A stretch of 64,000 nucleotides of DNA. Source: Candidatus Latescibacterota bacterium. GTDB lineage: Bacteria; Latescibacterota; UBA2968. A program made the translations under genes and the position numbers. The notes under the pieces were generated by a model that saw nothing but the letters and a program-made list of their open reading frames with translations, searched no databases and was not told where the DNA came from. This document shows positions 58,440 through 64,000 of the stretch, piece by piece. The stretch covers positions 2,528,001-2,592,000 of the forward strand of contig OZ242320.1 of the NCBI GenBank assembly GCA_965208125.1, read 5' to 3'. Position 1 is the first letter of the stretch; each line of letters starts with the position of its first letter.

Positions 58440-59234
58440 ATGCCAGAGCCAACAATTTCTCTTTCACAGGAACAAATTCATTCATTTCACGAGGATGGGT
58501 TCCTCGTTCTCAATGCGATTACCACAGAGGAGGAGGTGGAACAGCTTCGGGAGATTTACGATGGGCTTTTTTCGGATCGCACGGGTTGGGATCAGGGGAG
58601 TCAGTTTGATCTGGCGGGTACCGATGAGGATGATCAACCACGCCTTCCGCAAATGCTCGGTCCCAGCCGTTTTGCGCCCGAACTGAAGGATACGCTCTAT
58701 CTGGCTAATGCGCGGGCGATTGCGCGGCAGTTGCTGGGTTCTGATATGCTCGATAGGAATGGCGAACACATGATTTACAAGCCGCCGCGTATTGGTGCGG
58801 CAACGCCGTGGCATCAGGATCAGGCGTATCACGATCCTACCATGGCGTACAAGGGCGTAAATTTTTGGATGCCGCTGGACGATGCGACGGTTGAGTCGGG
58901 TTGTTTGCAGTTTATTCCGGGTAGCCACAAGCTCGATGTTTTGCCGCATCACAGTATTAACCGGGATCCGCGCATTCACGGTCTTGAGGTTGATGATCCC
59001 GAACAGTATGCCGCTCGGGCAGTTCCCTGTCCCGTTGCGGCTGGCGGGGCTTCGCTTCACGCGTGTTATATGCTGCACTATGCAGAGCCAAATCGCACAG
59101 ATGTTCCGAGGAGGGCTTATACGCTTACGTTCAGGACACCACCCCAGATGCGCGATAAGCCCGTTGATGCGTACTGGCAAGAAAACAAACAGACAGCGCG
59201 GCAAGCAAGGGCAGATGCGTATCGAAAAAAATAA
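58440..59234 (+). CDS. PhyH-family Fe(II)/2OG dioxygenase
   Basis: TPWHQD, WMPLDD, IPGSH, HYAEPN; GAGGAGG RBS. Confidence 0.9.
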   Translation: MPEPTISLSQEQIHSFHEDGFLVLNAITTEEEVEQLREIYDGLFSDRTGWDQGSQFDLAGTDEDDQPRLPQMLGPSRFAPELKDTLYLANARAIARQLLGSDMLDRNGEHMIYKPPRIGAATPWHQDQAYHDPTMAYKGVNFWMPLDDATVESGCLQFIPGSHKLDVLPHHSINRDPRIHGLEVDDPEQYAARAVPCPVAAGGASLHACYMLHYAEPNRTDVPRRAYTLTFRTPPQMRDKPVDAYWQENKQTARQARADAYRKK

Positions 59235-59259
59235 ATAAAAAAATCACAAAGGAGTTTTT

Positions 59260-60267
59260 ATGAAAGTTCTTGTTACAGGCGCCGCCGGACAGGTGGGTTG
59301 CCGGCTGGTGCGCCAGTTGCTCGATCAGAATTGCGAAGTGCGGGGGACTATTCTTCCCGATGATCCCGCGCGCAGCCGTCTCGATGGTGTCGATATTGAG
59401 TTGCGCGAGGGGGATTTGACGGATTTATCTTATGTTAAAGATGCCGTCGAGGGTGTGGATGCGGTTATTCATACCGCCAATCTCGTCGGTCCGCATTTTG
59501 AACTCAACAATCAGATCAATCTCCAGGTTACACGCGCGTGTGAAGGGGTCGCCGATCATCTCGAACGCTATGTTTATACCAGTTCTTCGGGTGTGTTTCC
59601 CAATAATGGCGAAAATGTTCCGTGTGCGTATCACCCGGTGGATGAATTGCATCCCAAACGGCCGGATGGCGAGTATTCTATGTCCAAGTATTTCGGCGAG
59701 GTGATGGCAGAACGCGCGAATCGAGAGACGGGTTTGCGCTATTCTATTGTGCGTCCGAGTCACGTTTTGTCCGGGACTAAAATTTTGAATCAGTTCAGTG
59801 TTGCTCGCGTGGTCAATTTGTTGAAGAAAAGCCAGAGCAAGGCTGGCACAGAGCTGTACATGCCCGATGGTACGGAACTCTGGCACGATATCGAAGCGAA
59901 GGCAGCGTCTCCGCAGCAACCGTGTAGTATTACGGATGAGGATGGACGCCCCTGGCTTTATCAACCGCAGGATGCCCGCGATATTGCCCATTGTCTGGTT
60001 TGCGCTATGAACTCTGGCGCGGCACTGGGCGAGTCGTTTAATGCCGGCGCGCCAGAGCCATTTCCTTTTACCGAGGGGGCGCGTTTGCTTGCAGAAAGAA
60101 GAGGGGTTGAGCCGCTTGAGGTCAGAGTTCCCCTCCAGTATATGTATGACCATGCGATTGGCAAGGCCAAAAGTTTGATTGATTATCGTCCTCAAGGCGA
60201 TTTGAACACGATGGTTGAGTCGGCTTTTGCGTGTGAAGAAGGTGCGACGGATTATACCTGGGATTAA
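59260..60267 (+). CDS. NAD-dependent epimerase/dehydratase (extended SDR)
   Basis: VTGAAGQVG, TSSS, YSMSK. Confidence 0.88.
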   Translation: MKVLVTGAAGQVGCRLVRQLLDQNCEVRGTILPDDPARSRLDGVDIELREGDLTDLSYVKDAVEGVDAVIHTANLVGPHFELNNQINLQVTRACEGVADHLERYVYTSSSGVFPNNGENVPCAYHPVDELHPKRPDGEYSMSKYFGEVMAERANRETGLRYSIVRPSHVLSGTKILNQFSVARVVNLLKKSQSKAGTELYMPDGTELWHDIEAKAASPQQPCSITDEDGRPWLYQPQDARDIAHCLVCAMNSGAALGESFNAGAPEPFPFTEGARLLAERRGVEPLEVRVPLQYMYDHAIGKAKSLIDYRPQGDLNTMVESAFACEEGATDYTWD

Positions 60268-61286
60268 AGGCGCGTTTGCAAGGCATCTATCAGATTATCT
60301 GATGGTTCGCAGGGGAGTTCTACGGGCTGATGTTCCAGTGCGCTTGTGTAGATTCCCAGAATGATGTTGAAGTCGCGCAAGGCGAGGTCGAGGTTCAGAG
60401 GATGGACTTTTGCGTCGTCTTCAATCCATTGTAGCATGGCATCTGTCATGGTCGCTTGTCCGAGTATGTCTTCGTCCGGGTATTCGTGTGTGCCCCGCTC
60501 TATGTGGCCATCGATACCTGTTTCCCACGACCACATGGTCCAGTGTATATATCCCCGCGTGCCATAGGCGGCGATCCGCTTGTGGACATTGGTGCGGTCT
60601 TCATCTGTTACGCGCGGGGCAAATGGTCCCGATATGAGTTGGGCGCGCAGGCCATCGGCATATTCTATTGCTCCGATGCACTGGTCGGGCGCGAAGTGTT
60701 TTTTTGGCGTGTCTTCCAGTCCGTTCGTGCCAGAGGCTTGTCCCATTACTTTTATGGGGATGCCATCTGGATGAAAGGCGGCTATGGATTGTAGCGCGTG
60801 CGTGCCCTGATACGCCAGGTTCATGCCGCAGCTCGCTTCGATAAATCGCACGTCGCCGATTTTTCCGTCCTGTACGATTTTTTGCAAGTACTGCCTGCGC
60901 GGGTGAAAGTGTAGCTGGTGATTTACCGCGATTTTGATTTTTGCGGTTGCCGCAAAGTTTTTGATCGCACGCCAGTCTTCTCCCTGAATTGCTATGGGTT
61001 TTTCCACGAGGACAGCGGGTACTCCGGCGTTTTCCGCGGTTTCGAATACTTCCAGTCGCACACTGGGCGGGGTATTCACGTGTACCAGGTCTGGCTGTTC
61101 TTTTTCAAACATTTCCCGATAGTCCAAATACCGCGTATCGACGTCAAATGCATCGCCAAATGCGTGCAGGCTTTCTTCTGTTCGCGTGGAGATTGCGGCG
61201 AGTTTGCCGTGTGTTACGTGTTGATACGCTTCTGCCAATCCCCGCGCGCGCCCGCCGCTTACGCCGATTATTGCACATTTAAGCAT
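60264..61286 (-). CDS. Gfo/Idh/MocA oxidoreductase
   Basis: N-terminal Rossmann fold, LVEKPIA. Confidence 0.85.
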   Translation of the reverse strand: MLKCAIIGVSGGRARGLAEAYQHVTHGKLAAISTRTEESLHAFGDAFDVDTRYLDYREMFEKEQPDLVHVNTPPSVRLEVFETAENAGVPAVLVEKPIAIQGEDWRAIKNFAATAKIKIAVNHQLHFHPRRQYLQKIVQDGKIGDVRFIEASCGMNLAYQGTHALQSIAAFHPDGIPIKVMGQASGTNGLEDTPKKHFAPDQCIGAIEYADGLRAQLISGPFAPRVTDEDRTNVHKRIAAYGTRGYIHWTMWSWETGIDGHIERGTHEYPDEDILGQATMTDAMLQWIEDDAKVHPLNLDLALRDFNIILGIYTSALEHQPVELPCEPSDNLIDALQTRL

Positions 61287-61308
61287 TGAGTTCTTCCTCC
61301 TTTACACT

Positions 61309-62328
61309 TTATCCCCACGGTTTCAATACGACTTTTGCACACGCGCCTGTGGTTTGCAATTCCCAGGCTTTTTGTACGTCTTCGAGTGAGAATGTGTGTG
61401 AGATCATCCGGTTCAATTTGTCTGTGTTTGCGCGGACGACTTGCATGAGTTTTGGTACGTCTTTTAAGTTGTAATGCCATGAGCCGATGAGTGTGATGCC
61501 TTTTCGGATCATGTCCTGGCTGATGCGCAAGGGGGTTTCTTCTCCGCATTCGCCAACGAATGCCACCTGTCCGCGCCGTCGCACGGTGTCGATGCACAAC
61601 CGGTGTGCAGATACGGCACCCGAGCAATCTACGGCGGCATCCACGCCAACGCCGTTGGTGAGGTCCATTATTTGTTGTAGGGCGTTTTCTTCGAGCGGAT
61701 CAATTGCTTCGTCTGCGCCCAGTTCGAGTGCTTTTTCGCGCCGATAGGAGTTGATATCTACGGCTATTACGCGCGCGCCCAGGTGTTTGCTGTTGATTAC
61801 GCCTCCAAGGCCCACGGGACCGAGTCCGGTGACCATGAATGTGTCGTAGGCGTTTATTTGCATGCGCTGTATGGCGCCAAATGTGGGACCCAGACCACAG
61901 CAGGCCATTCCCCCGTGTTCATAAGAGACGTCGTCGGGAATTTTGGGCAGTAGCCAGTCGGGTTTTAACAGGTATTGCGCCATGGTGGCTCGGCCTTCGT
62001 TTCCGCCCGTGAATTCAGCGAAGTTGGCGCTTTGCTGGCAGTGGATATAATCGCCGCTGATACACAATGGGCAGGTACCACATGGATATTGGGGCATTAC
62101 GGCTACGCGGTCGCCGACTGATACGCGCCCGGGTTGGGCGATTTCAACGACTTCACCGGCTGCTTCGTGTCCCAGAGAGGTGGTTTTTCTGCCGCCTGTA
62201 AATCCTTTGTATTCTGTACACATCGGCGCGGCGTGAATTTTTACCAGTACCCAGTTGTCTTTTGGCTCCGGGTCTGGTACGTCTATTACGCCGCCTTTGC
62301 GTTCACCAAATATTGCAGCTACTTTCAT
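61309..62328 (-). CDS. Zinc-binding (MDR) dehydrogenase
   Basis: GHEAAG, CGTCPLC...C, GLGPVG. Confidence 0.9.
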   Translation of the reverse strand: MKVAAIFGERKGGVIDVPDPEPKDNWVLVKIHAAPMCTEYKGFTGGRKTTSLGHEAAGEVVEIAQPGRVSVGDRVAVMPQYPCGTCPLCISGDYIHCQQSANFAEFTGGNEGRATMAQYLLKPDWLLPKIPDDVSYEHGGMACCGLGPTFGAIQRMQINAYDTFMVTGLGPVGLGGVINSKHLGARVIAVDINSYRREKALELGADEAIDPLEENALQQIMDLTNGVGVDAAVDCSGAVSAHRLCIDTVRRRGQVAFVGECGEETPLRISQDMIRKGITLIGSWHYNLKDVPKLMQVVRANTDKLNRMISHTFSLEDVQKAWELQTTGACAKVVLKPWG

Positions 62329-62425
62329 TTTTTACCTCCAGAATGGGGTTGACAAGGGTCATGTCTCGCTATTCATTCACACGCTATAGAATATTTCTAA
62401 CCATAGATTTCACGGAGAATATGTT

Positions 62426-63445
62426 ATGGACAAAATCCGAGTTGCATTTATTGGCTGTGGTAATATGTCGTCGCAATTGCAACGGTGCATACCGCTGGTG
62501 CCGGAGTTCGAGTTTGTCGCTACTTGCGATCTCGTCGAAGAGAAGGCGAGGTCAAATGCGCGCAGGTTCGGCGCACTCCGCTATTATACCGATTATAATG
62601 AGATGTTCAAGCATGAAGGTCTCCACGCAGTTGCTGTTGTGGGCAGGCCAGAGGACAAATTGCATCGGGATATCGGTATTGAGTGTCTTCAGCGAGGTTA
62701 TCATATTTACACCGAGAAGCCGCCCGCGACTACCTCTGAAGGTGCGAAGATGCTGGTTGATGCCTCAATTGAGACCGGCAAAACAGGGATGGTGGGCACA
62801 ATGTGGCGGCATGCCCCCGCGCATCAGATTGCCAGAGAGTTGATGGGCGATGAGGCATTCGGCGACGCTTGTCAATACCATACTCGCTATATGGCGCCAG
62901 GCCCCCAGATACGGGAAGTGGGTTCGCCTTTTGCCTGGCCCTTTATGATTGATCAGGTTATTCATCCTACCGATTGCATGCGTTTTTTTATGGGGCAGGT
63001 CAGCGAGGTTTTTGCGCTGGGTTCTGTTGATGGTGCGTCTGGTACGGTGTCGATATCCGTTAATTTGCGTTACGAAAACGGTGGCGTCGGTACGATGACG
63101 CTCGGTACGGGTCCGGTTTTGGAGGCGATGATTTTTGTCAAGGGTACGAATAATCAGGCCATTCAGGTGTTTGAGACGCGCCACTTGCGCCGTTATCGCG
63201 CTCCGACATGGCTCGGTTCTGGCGGTGGCTACGCCAATACACCTACCGAAGAATGGGATCTCAATACCGCGTTTCACAGCGTCGGGCGTCCCGGCTATCT
63301 CGAGGAGATGCAACATTGGGCGCAGTCGCTACAAGCCGATATACAGCCCCATGCAAGTCTTGAAGATGCCTATCAGAATATGCGCGTTTTAGAGGCGATT
63401 AGCCATAGTGTTGAGACGGGAGAGATCGTTCAAATTTCTGCGTAA
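62426..63445 (+). CDS. Gfo/Idh/MocA oxidoreductase
   Basis: IGCGNM, TEKPPA, DQVIHPTD. Confidence 0.88.
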   Translation: MDKIRVAFIGCGNMSSQLQRCIPLVPEFEFVATCDLVEEKARSNARRFGALRYYTDYNEMFKHEGLHAVAVVGRPEDKLHRDIGIECLQRGYHIYTEKPPATTSEGAKMLVDASIETGKTGMVGTMWRHAPAHQIARELMGDEAFGDACQYHTRYMAPGPQIREVGSPFAWPFMIDQVIHPTDCMRFFMGQVSEVFALGSVDGASGTVSISVNLRYENGGVGTMTLGTGPVLEAMIFVKGTNNQAIQVFETRHLRRYRAPTWLGSGGGYANTPTEEWDLNTAFHSVGRPGYLEEMQHWAQSLQADIQPHASLEDAYQNMRVLEAISHSVETGEIVQISA

Positions 63446-63466
63446 CCTGTGGTAGAGGAATTTTTT

Positions 63467-64000
63467 ATGAACAAACCTATCCGCATGGCCGTGGTCGGTG
63501 TTGGGCGCATTGGCGTCTTTCACGCCCGGCATGTTCAGGAGCTCGCCCGGGAGACGGGTGTGTGTGAACTCGTCGCTGTGTCCGATACTTATGGCGATAC
63601 GGCCAGTCGCGTTGCAGTAGAGCTTCAGGCAGATCAGGCGACTGAGATTCACGCATTTGATGATGTATCTGATCTCGCGGCGTCGAATTTGATCGATGCC
63701 GCGCTTGTTGCGTCGCGCACGGAAGATCACGAACGCGATGCGCGAGTGCTTATTGACGCGGGTTGTCGCGTGCTTTTGGAGAAGCCGCTGACCCATTCGC
63801 TCGCGTCTGCCGAGGCTTTTGTTGCCGATTTGAATCGGGATCCCAGAAGGAAAAATGCGCTGATGCTGGCTTTTATGCGCCGGTTTGACGCGCCGTTGTT
63901 GAGGGCAAAAGCGTTGTTGGAGCAAAAGGCTATTGGCAATGTGTTCAAAATTGTCTCGGTTCTGGAAGATCCAATTCCTCCGCCGGATGGTTATAATAGC
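63467..64000 (+). CDS. Gfo/Idh/MocA oxidoreductase, inositol dehydrogenase-like (partial)
   Basis: Read manually: MNKPIRMAVVGVGRIG...LLEKPL...AFMRRFD; runs off the right edge. Confidence 0.85.
   Translation, partial: MNKPIRMAVVGVGRIGVFHARHVQELARETGVCELVAVSDTYGDTASRVAVELQADQATEIHAFDDVSDLAASNLIDAALVASRTEDHERDARVLIDAGCRVLLEKPLTHSLASAEAFVADLNRDPRRKNALMLAFMRRFDAPLLRAKALLEQKAIGNVFKIVSVLEDPIPPPDGYNS

Noticed and set aside
1-64000. CRISPR array, tRNA, rRNA or riboswitch
   Set aside because: No regularly spaced repeats or recognisable RNA gene motifs seen by eye; intergenic regions are short. A covariance-model scan was not possible.

Overview
Bacterial genomic window with no rRNA, tRNA or CRISPR visible. 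The gene content (T9SS-type CTD protein plus a PorV-like barrel, paired DUF6785-type transporters, many PhyH dioxygenases, sulfatases, Gfo/Idh/MocA oxidoreductases, an ankyrin protein) resembles FCB-group (Latescibacterota/Gemmatimonadota-like), possibly host-associated lineages; this is inference only. Layout: (1) 1-17.9 kb is a co-oriented minus-strand run headed by a clear sigma54 promoter with upstream enhancer-like sites, containing five ~800-aa MacB/FtsX-type permeases (no ATPase in the window) and a tail of small accessory genes. (2) An ECF sigma factor fused to a DUF1080-like domain. (3) An intact 937-bp IS5-family element splitting a small membrane gene. (4) A SusD-less uptake locus: TonB receptor, T9SS-CTD protein, PorV-like protein, catalytically altered GH50-like protein and two DUF6785 proteins. 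(5) A catabolic region with ssb, a BVMO, a sixth permease, a MaoC/CitE/CoA-transferase trio resembling itaconate catabolism, and sulfatases. The most unusual item is an ECF sigma factor fused to domains II-III of a DNA polymerase III beta sliding clamp (53104-54468). All family calls come from motif recognition by eye; no database searches were run.
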